Origin: an uncultured archaeon
GTDB taxonomy: Archaea > Asgardarchaeota > Jordiarchaeia > Jordiarchaeales > Jordiarchaeaceae
Length of the DNA stretch: 64,000 bases
Reading direction: 5' to 3'
Assembly (NCBI GenBank): GCA_964510585.1
Contig: CAZECW010000187.1
Coordinates: 31,912-95,911 of the forward strand
This document shows, piece after piece, positions 19,635 to 29,393 of this stretch (positions are counted from its first letter, which is position 1; each line of letters starts with the position of its first letter). Both the position numbers and the translations under genes were made by a program. The notes under the pieces are model-generated. The model saw only the letters and a program-made list of their open reading frames with translations, made no database searches and was not told where the DNA came from.

Positions 19635-20603
19635 ATGCAGGAGTTATTGGTTCCGCCCGATGTTCTAAAACTGCTCAAAAAGCAGAAATACCAGATTGTT
19701 GGGAGGCACTCTGCAGTTAAAAAATGCCGCTGGCTGCATAACAGCCTAGTTCAGGGCAGACACTGCTATAAGCAGGAATGGTACAACATCAAATCCCACA
19801 GATGCTTGCAGATGACCCCCACGGTAATCCACTGTACAAATCGCTGCCTTTCCTGCTGGCGTGTGGAGCCGGGAGACCTAGGATACCATTGGGACCAGTT
19901 AGCTTTTGGAGCGGACGTAGACGACCCAGAGGAAATAGTTGAAGGGTGCATCAAAGCTCAGAGAAAAATTTTATCCGGCTTTAATCCCTCTCACCACACT
20001 AAGGTCTCCTTGGAGAAGTGGAGGGAGGCTATGGAGCCCAAACATGTGGCGATAAGTTTGGCTGGTGAGCCAACCCTTTATCCCCGCCTGAGTGATTTGA
20101 TTGAAGAATTTCACAGTAGAAGAATGACCACCTTTCTTGTAACCAATGGAAATCTTCCCGAGGTACTCGCAGAGATTACAGAGCCCACACAACTGTATGT
20201 TTCCGTTTATGGGCCGAATAAAGAGGTTTACAATAGGGTTTGTCGTCCTCTCCTCAGCGATGCTTGGGAGAGACTGATGAGATCCTTGGAACTGTTAGGC
20301 AGTTTCAGTTGCCCCACGGTTATGCGGCTGACACTAACCAATGGTTTAAATTTTATAGACCCAGAGGGTTATGCTAAACTGGTTGATAGGGCCAATCCTA
20401 CATATGTGGAGTGTAAGAGCTATGTTTCTGTTGGTTACTCCCTCAACCGTGGTTTGAATGCGGATAATATGATTTGGGCTGCTGACGTGAGGAAATTTGC
20501 GGAGAAAATTGCTGAGTTTTCCGGGTACAACCTTATTGGCCATTCTGTTCCCAGCAGGGTCACACTTCTGAGCAGGTTGGAGAAGCCAATAAAGGTGGCT
20601 TAG
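19635..20603 (+). CDS. taw1: tRNA 4-demethylwyosine synthase (TYW1/Taw1, radical SAM)
   Basis: 'GRHSAVKKCRW' and the radical-SAM cluster 'CTNRCLSCWR' are characteristic of archaeal Taw1. Confidence 0.75.
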   Translation: MQELLVPPDVLKLLKKQKYQIVGRHSAVKKCRWLHNSLVQGRHCYKQEWYNIKSHRCLQMTPTVIHCTNRCLSCWRVEPGDLGYHWDQLAFGADVDDPEEIVEGCIKAQRKILSGFNPSHHTKVSLEKWREAMEPKHVAISLAGEPTLYPRLSDLIEEFHSRRMTTFLVTNGNLPEVLAEITEPTQLYVSVYGPNKEVYNRVCRPLLSDAWERLMRSLELLGSFSCPTVMRLTLTNGLNFIDPEGYAKLVDRANPTYVECKSYVSVGYSLNRGLNADNMIWAADVRKFAEKIAEFSGYNLIGHSVPSRVTLLSRLEKPIKVA

Positions 20604-20609
20604 TTTAAG

Positions 20610-21275
20610 TTGGTGGTCGGCTTGAGTGATATTACTGAGGAAGTTCTTAGTTTAGTTGTGGCTGCTACCCTAGCTTCCCAGAGCTACTATGTATGTTTAC
20701 AGCCAGAAATTCTTGGCAAGAAGTATAGGCCAAGTGTTGCGGCCATTAAACCCAGACTAAGCGAGCTTAAAAAACGTGTTGAGAGAGGAGTTATCCCCCC
20801 AGAAATTGTTTACTATCTGGACGATGAGCAGTGGACTGGCGAGACAAACCTCACAAGCGAAACTAAAGAGGGCGGTTTTTCCTATGGAGAGTTTTTGGGT
20901 AACTCACCTTGGGTTGAGAAAAAAGTTGATGGTGGAGCTATTTATTGGCGTTTGAGAGATTACCAGATTCCGTCCCGGGAGTGTGTAATGGTTAATTGTG
21001 GGTTTGAAAATCCTATAAGGGCTGTGCGTACGCTTAAGGAACTGAAAGACTGCTGTAATAGGGCATACCTAGTATTCCCCTTTTATGTTGATGAGGATTT
21101 TCTTGATCATTGTGTTGATAGTGGCGTTGGTTTCCAAGTTTTTCATCGGGAAGTGGGTTTGCTTAAGGAGCTTGTTCCCGCTGAGTTCGAGGAGGTGAAG
21201 AACCACAAGTCCTTCCGTTTCCTCTGTGAGTTTGTGTTGGGAGAAAATCTGCGTTATAGGGTGGGAGAAAAATAA
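20610..21275 (+). CDS. hypothetical protein, 7 bp downstream of taw1 (possible wyosine-pathway partner)
   Basis: No confident motif. Tight coupling to taw1 suggests an operon. Confidence 0.35.
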   Translation: MVVGLSDITEEVLSLVVAATLASQSYYVCLQPEILGKKYRPSVAAIKPRLSELKKRVERGVIPPEIVYYLDDEQWTGETNLTSETKEGGFSYGEFLGNSPWVEKKVDGGAIYWRLRDYQIPSRECVMVNCGFENPIRAVRTLKELKDCCNRAYLVFPFYVDEDFLDHCVDSGVGFQVFHREVGLLKELVPAEFEEVKNHKSFRFLCEFVLGENLRYRVGEK

Positions 21276-21292
21276 TTAGGGAGTCTTTAACT

Positions 21293-22051
21293 TTGTCTCA
21301 TGGTATAGTGTTGTCAGTTTCGGGTAAAGGTGGTGTGGGAAAAACAACGTTCACCGCCCTGCTATTACGCGAGCTAGTAGGGTTGGGGAAATATGATGTG
21401 CTTGCCATTGATGCTGATCCCTCTATGAATCTATCTACTGTTCTTGGATGCGGGGTTGGAGGAACAGTTGGGGACTTGGTTGATAGACTGAGTAGAGAAA
21501 CGGATTCAGAAGAAATTGATGCCACACTGGAACAAATGATTTGGAAAATTGTGGCTGAAAATCGGACGTTTGACCTTCTCTCAATGGGCTTCACTGAAAG
21601 AGAGGGATGCTACTGTACCGTAAACCGTGTTTTAGCCCGGATAATTGATTCGTTAACAATGCTGTACGACATAGTTTTAATAGATACTGAGGCGGGATTA
21701 GAACACATCAGCCGAAGAACCGACAGGGACGTGGATGCTTTTTTCATAATAACTGATCCCTCAAAGATGGGGCTCCTCACAGTGTTAAGGATAATTGACC
21801 TCACAAAAAAACTACACATTAACTTCAAAGACATATACCTTGTGGGTAATAGATTCCCAAAAAATGCCGAAAAAATGTTGTACGACTTTGCTCAGGAGAT
21901 AGGAATTCAGTGCATTGCCTCCCTTCCACTCGATGTGAACATTTCACAGTTTAATCTATTGGGAAAATCCCTCTTGGAACTTCCAGAGAATTCAGCAATA
22001 ATAGAGCCCTTGAAAAACATAGTGAAGAACTATATAAAACCACTCCTTTAA
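21293..22051 (+). CDS. MinD/ParA/CooC-like P-loop ATPase
   Basis: A deviant Walker A 'SGKGGVGKTT' and the overall CooC/MinD organisation are present. Confidence 0.65.
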   Translation: MSHGIVLSVSGKGGVGKTTFTALLLRELVGLGKYDVLAIDADPSMNLSTVLGCGVGGTVGDLVDRLSRETDSEEIDATLEQMIWKIVAENRTFDLLSMGFTEREGCYCTVNRVLARIIDSLTMLYDIVLIDTEAGLEHISRRTDRDVDAFFIITDPSKMGLLTVLRIIDLTKKLHINFKDIYLVGNRFPKNAEKMLYDFAQEIGIQCIASLPLDVNISQFNLLGKSLLELPENSAIIEPLKNIVKNYIKPLL

Positions 22052-22141
22052 AGGGAACTGAGTGCTGGCTACGAAAGATTAGGTTTGGATTCCCAAATTT
22101 TTAAATCCTTTAAAACAGTTTTGTAAGGTCATAACCTGAAA

Positions 22142-22621
22142 TTGGGGTGGTCAAAATTGGTTGAGCTGACTGAGGAAAACATTAAGCTGATAAAAAACTA
22201 TTTGAACTCTTCACCTTACTATAAACTGTTAGGAATGGAAGTCGTAGATATAAACGAAAATTACTCCAAACTAAGAATACCCTTCAAAAATGATTTGCTT
22301 CAGATACAGGGTGTCGTACATGGGGGAGTTGTGGCTTCCATTGCTGACGCAGCTGTAGCCATAGCATTATTCTCATTAGTTGATTTGGGAGACATTTTAT
22401 CCACTATCGAAATTAAGGTAAATTATTTAGCGCCAGTAAAGTCTGGAGAAATCATCGCAGAAGGAAGAATAATTCATAAAGGGTCCAGAATAGCCCTAGG
22501 GGAGGCAGATGTCAAAAATGAGGGCAGACTTGTGGGTAAAGCCCTAGCCACCTACATGATAATCAAAGGTGAGGGTAAAAATACACCTTTCCAAAAGTGG
22601 AGGCAGCAGACCAAGAAGTGA
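22142..22621 (+). CDS. PaaI/hotdog-fold thioesterase
   Basis: 'GVVHGGVVASIADAA' is a hotdog-fold thioesterase motif. Confidence 0.7.
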   Translation: MGWSKLVELTEENIKLIKNYLNSSPYYKLLGMEVVDINENYSKLRIPFKNDLLQIQGVVHGGVVASIADAAVAIALFSLVDLGDILSTIEIKVNYLAPVKSGEIIAEGRIIHKGSRIALGEADVKNEGRLVGKALATYMIIKGEGKNTPFQKWRQQTKK

Positions 22622-22676
22622 ACTAGACTATTCTCCCGATTTTGGATTTTGGCATACGTTTTTGGGTGTTTCTTTG

Positions 22677-22907
22677 TCACTTTACCTTTTTTGTGAATAT
22701 TGTTCTGGTCTCCGTGATTCCTCCAATTCTTCTAACCTTATCCAGCACGAAATCTATACCTGTTTCCACATCTTTAATGTCGATTTCCGCCAGAAAATCG
22801 TATTCTCCAGTAAGCAAATAGACTGCACTAACTTCATCCAGTTTCGCTAAATCCTGAGCCACCTTCATTTCCTTTCCAACCGCAACCCTTCCAATTAGTA
22901 TTATCAT
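22677..22907 (-). CDS. stand-alone Lrp/AsnC C-terminal (RAM) ligand-binding domain protein
   Basis: A 76-aa βαββαβ-like 'VYLLTGEYDFLAEI' pattern. Confidence 0.5.
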   Translation of the reverse strand: MIILIGRVAVGKEMKVAQDLAKLDEVSAVYLLTGEYDFLAEIDIKDVETGIDFVLDKVRRIGGITETRTIFTKKVK

Positions 22908-23009
22908 TCTCTTCCCTCCAAAATTTTTAATACAATTAACTCTTCGACAAATCTATTACCCAATAGAGATATTAAATATGCCCAGTAAGATGCGGGAATT
23001 ATGAAGCTT

Positions 23010-23816
23010 TTAAATGAGGCCCTTTAACTCCTTAATTTTATTTACAATTTGGGGCAAAGCCACATCTGCTGGTCTTCTAATTACCACATCACACAAATCT
23101 GAGATGCCAGTTTCGTAGGGATTAACTTCAATCAACCAGGCGTTATTCATCTGTTTTGCCCTGATAGGTAATCCCGCAGCAGGATACACAAGTGCGCTTG
23201 TTCCTATGGTGAGCATACAGTCTGATTTTGAGGCTTCCACAAAGCACTTTTTGAGCACATCTTGGGGGATGGGCTCGCCGAAGAATACGGTGTCAGTTTT
23301 AATTATTCCTCTTTTGCATGTTGGGCATTTGGGTGGTAGGCTGTCGATGGTTATGGAAAATGTTTGGGGTTCAAATCTTTGGCCGCACTCTATGCATCTT
23401 AGGAGGAACGCGTTCCCGTGGATTTCGGCGATGTTTTGGCTGCCAGCTCTGCGGTGGAGATTGTCTATGTTCTGTGTAATTACACATTTTAGGAATCCCA
23501 TTTTTTCTAATTCGGCTAGGGCGAAGTGTGAGGGGTTGGGTTTAGCTGTTGAGAGTGTTTCAATGAAATCCCGGTAAAATCCAGTTCTGGTGAGTCTTTC
23601 TCTCCACCACTTTACGGGGTCTTCAAGAAATCTCTGGTAACCGTTTGGTGGTGGTTCTCCATGTTTTGTCCAGAGTCCACCTGGGCCTCTGAATGGTGGT
23701 ATTCCGCTGGCTACGGATATTCCGGCTCCTGTAAGAGCTACCACATATTTAGAAGTGATAATTATTCTGGCTGCGTCCTCGATTTCCTCTCCATACTCTT
23801 TGAAGATCTGTCCCAT
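23010..23816 (-). CDS. cobB: NAD-dependent protein deacylase (Sir2 family)
   Basis: 'GAGISVASGIPPFRG', 'QNIDNLH' and the zinc ribbon 'C..C......C..C' are present. Confidence 0.85.
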   Translation of the reverse strand: MGQIFKEYGEEIEDAARIIITSKYVVALTGAGISVASGIPPFRGPGGLWTKHGEPPPNGYQRFLEDPVKWWRERLTRTGFYRDFIETLSTAKPNPSHFALAELEKMGFLKCVITQNIDNLHRRAGSQNIAEIHGNAFLLRCIECGQRFEPQTFSITIDSLPPKCPTCKRGIIKTDTVFFGEPIPQDVLKKCFVEASKSDCMLTIGTSALVYPAAGLPIRAKQMNNAWLIEVNPYETGISDLCDVVIRRPADVALPQIVNKIKELKGLI

Positions 23817-23994
23817 TCTTCTATCAGCTCGCTCAGCACAGGAATAGTTTTGATGTTTTCAAGAGAGCTAATTATAATTTGTTAATTATATTTAAAATCG
23901 TTGTGTTGCGTCTAACTGTTTTTTGTGTTATGTGTGGGAAACGAATGAGAAAGATTCAAATTAGCCGTGTACATTATCCTCTCAAAATTCTGAA

Positions 23995-24711
23995 TTGTTT
24001 CCTTTGCCCTTCAGAAGTATGATTGATGAGGAGAATAAGTTGACTAATGATGAAACAGTTGAAACAAGCGATTTGGAGAGTATAGTGAACCGTATTGCTA
24101 GTTATCTTAATGAACAATACAATTTGAGGGAGTCAACCCTCACTCTCTCCCGAGACATAATTAGGCTCTCGGGACAAGCTGTTAGATTCATTCATCGTCT
24201 GGATTTCGATAAAGCTATGAAAAAAATTGAAGAAGCCAAAATTAAAGTGGACGAGATAAATAAAAAGCTTGAAAAGTACCCTGAATTTAAAGATAAGGGC
24301 TTCATTAGTTCAGCCTATCAGGAATATGCGGAGGCTAACCTTCTTTTTTCGCTTCTCAAATATAACAAGTTTGTTTCCTTCGAGGCCTTGGACGTGCCAT
24401 GTGTTTCCTATCTTTTGGGTTTGGGAGATCTGGTTGGTGAGTTGAGAAGGCATATTCTGGACTCCATAAGGCGAGAGGATATAGAGAAGGCCGAATCCTT
24501 ACTTGACCTTATGGAGGAAGTGTACACGCTTCTTATGACCATTGATTATCCTGAAGCCTTAACCTCGGGATTAAGGCGCAAATGCGACGTTGCCAGAAGC
24601 CTAGTTGAAAAAACCCGCGGCGATATAACCCTGGCGATTCAAAACAAGCAGCTCATAAAGAAGATGCAAGATTTGTCAGAGCTCCTCGGAGGGAAAAAGG
24701 ACGAAGTTTGA
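23995..24711 (+). CDS. translin-family protein
   Basis: It is all-helical. 'YLLGLGDLVGELRR' matches the conserved translin 'YL.G..DLTGEL.R' segment. Length is about 230 aa. Confidence 0.55.
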   Translation: MFPLPFRSMIDEENKLTNDETVETSDLESIVNRIASYLNEQYNLRESTLTLSRDIIRLSGQAVRFIHRLDFDKAMKKIEEAKIKVDEINKKLEKYPEFKDKGFISSAYQEYAEANLLFSLLKYNKFVSFEALDVPCVSYLLGLGDLVGELRRHILDSIRREDIEKAESLLDLMEEVYTLLMTIDYPEALTSGLRRKCDVARSLVEKTRGDITLAIQNKQLIKKMQDLSELLGGKKDEV

Positions 24712-24805
24712 CATAAAAAAAATACTGGAAAAAGCGGAGCAAGACTATGAAAAAGCTTGGATTGAAACAAAAAATCTACTCACAATAAAGGGCCGAAAAT
24801 TCAAA

Positions 24806-26251
24806 TTGGAGCCTAAGGGCGCACCAAATCCCATAATTGAATTTAACAGCTTGGTTAGACGGGTTCTAATCGAAATGGGATTCGAGGAAGTTGTACTTCC
24901 CATGATAGTTAAGGAATCCGACGTCTACCAAGAATACGGTCCAGAGGCTCCAGTCATACTTGACAGACTCTTCTATTTAGCCGGACTCCCAAGGCCCGAC
25001 ATTGGTCTAGGTGCTGATTCAATCAAAAAAATTAGGGAAATCGTGCCCGATTTTGATAAAGTTAAGGAGTTACAGGATATTCTGAGACGGTACAAAAAGA
25101 ATGAGATAGAGTCAGACGACCTAGTTGAAACCATGGTTACGGAGCTGGGAGTCAGAGAAGAACAGGCCACGAGTATTTTGGATAATGTTTTTTTGGAGTT
25201 TAAGGAGAGAAAACCGGTTCCCACAGATTTGACTTTAAGGTCACATATGTCTGCGCTTTGGTTTCCAGTCCTCTCCGCGGTTATGAATAAGTGGAAACTT
25301 CCGATACAGCTTTTCACCATAGGAAGAAAATTCAGGAGAGAGCAGAGGTTAGACGCCACCCACCTTTATTCCTCCTACACCGCATCCTTTGTAATCATGG
25401 CGGAAGAAATAACCTTGGAGGATGGTATGGAAATTGTTAGAGACTTTCTGAGAAGGACAGGCTTCCAAGAAGTAGATTTCAGGTTTAAAAAGGCAACCTC
25501 AAAGTACTATGCTCCCCAAACAGAGTTTGAAATATTTGTCAGACATCCCAAATCTGGAGATTGGCTGGAAGTAGGAGACAGTGGTTTCTACTCGCCAGTA
25601 AGCCTCGCGAAGTTTGGTATAGAATACCCCGTACTAAATGCCGGCTTTGGAATAGAAAGATTTGTTATGATAAAAACTGGAGAAACAGACATCCGAAGGC
25701 TTTCCTATCCCTACTTCTACAAAGACGTAGGATTTACTGATGAGGAAATAGCTGAGGGAATCTATATTGAAGAGAAGCCGCAAACCGAAACTGGGAGAAA
25801 AATTATGCAGGAGCTGATTAAAACCGCCGAGGCTCATAGAGATGCGGAGGCCCCCTGTGAATTCGTAGCTTGGAGTGGAACAATTGATGGGAAAAAGGTT
25901 TCAGTCAAAATATTGGAAAAAGATAAGGATACAAAACTTTTGGGACCAGCCATCCTAAACCGAATATACGTCTATGACGGAAACATACTGGGCCTACCAG
26001 AAGAAAAGGCAGTGGGAACACCAACAAACATCCGCTATCTGGACGCTTTAGGAGCCTATGCAGCGCGGAGAATCGAAGAAATGATAGAAAAAAATGAGAA
26101 AAACCTAGAACTGAGAATAAGAATAGCAAAAAAGGCCTCCGACGTCAATATAGGGGTAACCACTCCAGTAAGGCATTTCATAACTTCAAAAAGCAAAAAG
26201 ATAGACATAAGAGGACCAGTATTCTTCACTGTATCCGCATCTGTAGAATAG
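24806..26251 (+). CDS. sepS: O-phosphoseryl-tRNA(Cys) synthetase (SepRS)
   Basis: 'VLDRLFYLAGLPRPDIGLG', 'TLRSHMSALWF', 'IGRKFRREQ' and 'GPAILNRIYVYDGNILGLP' match class-II SepRS segments (from memory). The TTG at 24806 is the first listed start, but the conserved N-terminal helix is encoded upstream; see findings. Confidence 0.8.
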   Translation: MEPKGAPNPIIEFNSLVRRVLIEMGFEEVVLPMIVKESDVYQEYGPEAPVILDRLFYLAGLPRPDIGLGADSIKKIREIVPDFDKVKELQDILRRYKKNEIESDDLVETMVTELGVREEQATSILDNVFLEFKERKPVPTDLTLRSHMSALWFPVLSAVMNKWKLPIQLFTIGRKFRREQRLDATHLYSSYTASFVIMAEEITLEDGMEIVRDFLRRTGFQEVDFRFKKATSKYYAPQTEFEIFVRHPKSGDWLEVGDSGFYSPVSLAKFGIEYPVLNAGFGIERFVMIKTGETDIRRLSYPYFYKDVGFTDEEIAEGIYIEEKPQTETGRKIMQELIKTAEAHRDAEAPCEFVAWSGTIDGKKVSVKILEKDKDTKLLGPAILNRIYVYDGNILGLPEEKAVGTPTNIRYLDALGAYAARRIEEMIEKNEKNLELRIRIAKKASDVNIGVTTPVRHFITSKSKKIDIRGPVFFTVSASVE

Positions 26252-26333
26252 ATAAAATTTTTTCCTCCCTAAAATGAATTCTGTTCAGAAGGCTACGCAA
26301 AAGGTATTAAACTAAGAAGCAATATTCTGTTTA

Positions 26334-27041
26334 ATGTTCGGAAGACTTGATTTGAATGAGGGTCAATCCTTGGAAGAGGAGCTCTGGTTTACTTTATTCA
26401 CACTGGCAAGAATGGGAGCCCAGTCAAAAACCTTAGAGATATCCTCCACCCAGCTGGGTAAAAAAATGAATATAAGTCAGCAAACTGCCTCCCGACGCTT
26501 ACAACAGCTGGAGGAAAAGGGTTGGCTAACCAGAGAAATAACGAGAAGAGGCCAGTTTGTCCGACTAACGGATCAAGGGATTAACATGCTCTTAGAAATA
26601 TATTTGTGGCTGCAAACAATTTTTGATAAGAAGCCCCCGGTTCTCATCATTGAGGGTGAATTATTTAGTGGAATGCGTGAAGGAGGCTACTATATCTCTG
26701 TTAATGGTTATAAGAAACAGTTTAAGGAAAAACTGGGCTTCGAACCCTACCCGGGAACCCTAAACCTGAGGCTAAAATCTTACTCGGATCTTCAAGCCAA
26801 AAAAATGTTACAAAAACAACCCGGAATTATGATCGAACAGTTTGAGAATAAGGGAAGAACCTTTGGCGCCGTCAAAATGTTCAAAACTCTTATCAACGAA
26901 AAAGTAGAGGGAGCGGTGTTACTAATTCAACGCACCCACTATGGCGAAGATGTTTTAGAGGTAGTGGCACCAGAATATCTCCGGGAAAAATTGAACCTCA
27001 AAGACGGAGACAAAATTCGACTGAGAATATCTCTCACCTAA
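26334..27041 (+). CDS. ribK: CTP-dependent riboflavin kinase with N-terminal HTH domain (archaeal RibK)
   Basis: 'GYYISVNGYKKQFKEKLGFEPYPGTLNL' matches the archaeal RibK cradle-loop barrel. An N-terminal winged-helix domain is present. Confidence 0.75.
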   Translation: MFGRLDLNEGQSLEEELWFTLFTLARMGAQSKTLEISSTQLGKKMNISQQTASRRLQQLEEKGWLTREITRRGQFVRLTDQGINMLLEIYLWLQTIFDKKPPVLIIEGELFSGMREGGYYISVNGYKKQFKEKLGFEPYPGTLNLRLKSYSDLQAKKMLQKQPGIMIEQFENKGRTFGAVKMFKTLINEKVEGAVLLIQRTHYGEDVLEVVAPEYLREKLNLKDGDKIRLRISLT

Positions 27042-27164
27042 GATGGGGAGTTAACCTAACCTCCAAAAATTGCTAAATCCACCACAAAAAATAAAACAAT
27101 TAGACATTCTTCAGTCTAATTGCAAAAACTCCAGCAATTTTTATGGGCAAAGCAGGGAGAAAGA

Positions 27165-27644
27165 ATGAGTAATCCAGGAAAGAGAGTTATGGCCTTTGGA
27201 ACATTCGACTTGGTACATGTGGGGCATATAAAGTTCTTTGAAGAAGCCAAGAAACTCGGAGGTAAAAACTCAGAGTTAATAGTTGTCATTTCCAGGGATA
27301 GCAATGTTCTAAAAATGAAAAAGCGTCCTCCAATTTTTAATGAGGAGGAGAGGAAGACTGTTGTTCAAGCACTAAAACCAGTAGATAAAGCAATACTGGG
27401 ACACGAAGGAGAAGATATGCTTCAGATCGTTAAAGAGAACAACCCCGACATAATAGTCTTGGGCTACGATCAAAGAATAGAGCCTGAAGAGTTTCAAAAA
27501 TTCAAACAGGAGCTAAAAGAGAAAGGAATCAACGCTAAAGTCGTCCGCCTCCCGAAATACGGCACTGGATTAAACAGCTCAACCATCATTGTGAAGAAAA
27601 TACTTGAAAGAAACAAAAACAATTTTAAAAATGAGGAAAAATAA
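27165..27644 (+). CDS. ribL: FAD synthase (archaeal RibL, cytidylyltransferase-like)
   Basis: 'AFGTFDLVHVGHIKFF...LIVVISRDSNV...ALKPVDKAILG' is collinear with archaeal RibL (HxGH motif). The ATG at 27165 is preceded by GGGAGA. Confidence 0.8.
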   Translation: MSNPGKRVMAFGTFDLVHVGHIKFFEEAKKLGGKNSELIVVISRDSNVLKMKKRPPIFNEEERKTVVQALKPVDKAILGHEGEDMLQIVKENNPDIIVLGYDQRIEPEEFQKFKQELKEKGINAKVVRLPKYGTGLNSSTIIVKKILERNKNNFKNEEK

Positions 27645-27721
27645 ATCCCCAAAATAAATCAAACCGAAATAATTACTCATCTTCTTTATTTTGTTTAACG
27701 ATTAATCATTTTAATCCTCGT

Positions 27722-28510
27722 GTGGGAGAATTCTTGAAAACCATAAAAATTAAGGAAGGCTTACCCATATCCGAAATTTTGAAAAAGTATCCCGATCTGG
27801 TAAGACCCTGTTTAATATCCCAGAATCCCCCAAAAATTGATCTCAAAAACAGAGACGCCTTGGCAGTTTACAATAAACTAGTCGCTCGTGAAATCTTGAG
27901 AGTTGAACTATCCCTACATCCAAAAGCCCTAGTACCCTCCATAATGAGCCGGCTGGAATTCGTTAAACTAACGGTGAAACCCCATGAAACTGTGCTAGAT
28001 GTGGGAACGGGATCAACTGCGATATGTGCCATAATAGCCGCCAAAATATTAGGCGCCAAAGTTTACGCCACAGAAATGGTTGAAGAATATTACTTAAATG
28101 CTCACATAAACATAATCCAGAACTCTTTACAAGATAGAATACAGCTAGTCAAGTCCTCAGGCCAAATCATTGATGGAGTCATCCCAGAGGACTTAAATTT
28201 CGACGCCATCATAAGCACCCCTCCATACCTCCCCTCAAAAGTAAAACCCTTAGGCAAAAAATTCGGGGGCAGCGCAGAAGAATTATTAGGCGGTGGCAAA
28301 ACGGGAGCCGAGTTTTCGCTAAAATTGATAAAACAGGGAGCCCCTCACCTAAAAAGGGGCGGTAGAATAGGACTAATCATACCTATGAAAAAGGAAACAG
28401 TTGCAGAATGCATAACACACGCCATGAAGGAGGAGAAATTACGTGTACAAAATATTCGCCTAATAACTGGCAACAGAGAACGCCGCATCATAATCGGAAA
28501 GAAAAATTAA
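27722..28510 (+). CDS. SAM-dependent methyltransferase (HemK/PrmC-like, 'TPPY' variant of the NPPY motif)
   Basis: 'VLDVGTGSTAICAI' (motif I) and 'IISTPPYLPS' (motif IV) are present. The start codon is GTG. Confidence 0.5.
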   Translation: MGEFLKTIKIKEGLPISEILKKYPDLVRPCLISQNPPKIDLKNRDALAVYNKLVAREILRVELSLHPKALVPSIMSRLEFVKLTVKPHETVLDVGTGSTAICAIIAAKILGAKVYATEMVEEYYLNAHINIIQNSLQDRIQLVKSSGQIIDGVIPEDLNFDAIISTPPYLPSKVKPLGKKFGGSAEELLGGGKTGAEFSLKLIKQGAPHLKRGGRIGLIIPMKKETVAECITHAMKEEKLRVQNIRLITGNRERRIIIGKKN

Positions 28511-28525
28511 CCCTTCAAAAAACTT

Positions 28526-29326
28526 TTACCTTTCAAGTATCATCTTTGGCGCCCCCGCAAGCTTCACCAGAGCCTCAGCCTCCTTAAAATGAAGTTTCCC
28601 AGTAACTATGAGAATGTGTGGAGGGGAACCAAAGTCAAAAGAAATTAAATCATCTAAAAAACCAGCCTTCACCAATGGTTCTGGTGATCCTGCCCTCGCG
28701 ATTCCCACCAAAACAGCCTCTTTGAGAACCTGCCTCCTTTTTTTACTGTCAAAATAATTCAAAAACTCCAAACCCTCCTTGACCGTCATATAACGAGATG
28801 TGTCGGCCCTAATGTCCAGATAAACAAGCGTATGGAGTCCTCTGAGCCTGTTCTTCCTAACCACAAGGTAGGGGGACTCGGGAAAATAGTTGGCTTCGGG
28901 AAAAGGTATGCTTACCGAGTTTCCAAACTTATAATTGGCCAATCCACAAACACTGGGGGCAGCAGAGAGAATAGAAGCCGCATGAACAATTTTAGTATCT
29001 ATGCCCATATTTATTGCACGCAGCCTCAAATCAACATGAGTAGTGGATATCAAAGGATCGCCTGGAACCAGAAAAGCGACGTATCCTTCTTGTGCGTCGC
29101 GCAAAATGGATTCATGAGGATTCTCCTCTACCTCCCTTCTTGATAGTACATTAATCTTCTTGCCCACCAATTTTTCCAAGGTCTTAAGGTTAAGACCTCC
29201 CATAAAGCTGGTGTAAAACTCGGCGTAAATCTTGTCGGCTTTTCGTGCCTCCTCCAAACCCCTGAGCGTCAAATCATACTCATTCCACAATCCTAAACCA
29301 ATAAACACCAGCTTACCCAATTTCAA
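28526..29326 (-). CDS. dph5: diphthine synthase
   Basis: 'LVFIGLGLWNEYDLTLRGLEEARKADKIYAEFYTS' is a typical DphB N-terminus. The protein has a tetrapyrrole-methylase fold. Confidence 0.85.
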   Translation of the reverse strand: MKLGKLVFIGLGLWNEYDLTLRGLEEARKADKIYAEFYTSFMGGLNLKTLEKLVGKKINVLSRREVEENPHESILRDAQEGYVAFLVPGDPLISTTHVDLRLRAINMGIDTKIVHAASILSAAPSVCGLANYKFGNSVSIPFPEANYFPESPYLVVRKNRLRGLHTLVYLDIRADTSRYMTVKEGLEFLNYFDSKKRRQVLKEAVLVGIARAGSPEPLVKAGFLDDLISFDFGSPPHILIVTGKLHFKEAEALVKLAGAPKMILER

Positions 29327-29393
29327 GCACCTAAACAGGCCGATGATCGCAAAAATACTTGGAACAATTAAGATTTAATCATTGCTTCAACAG

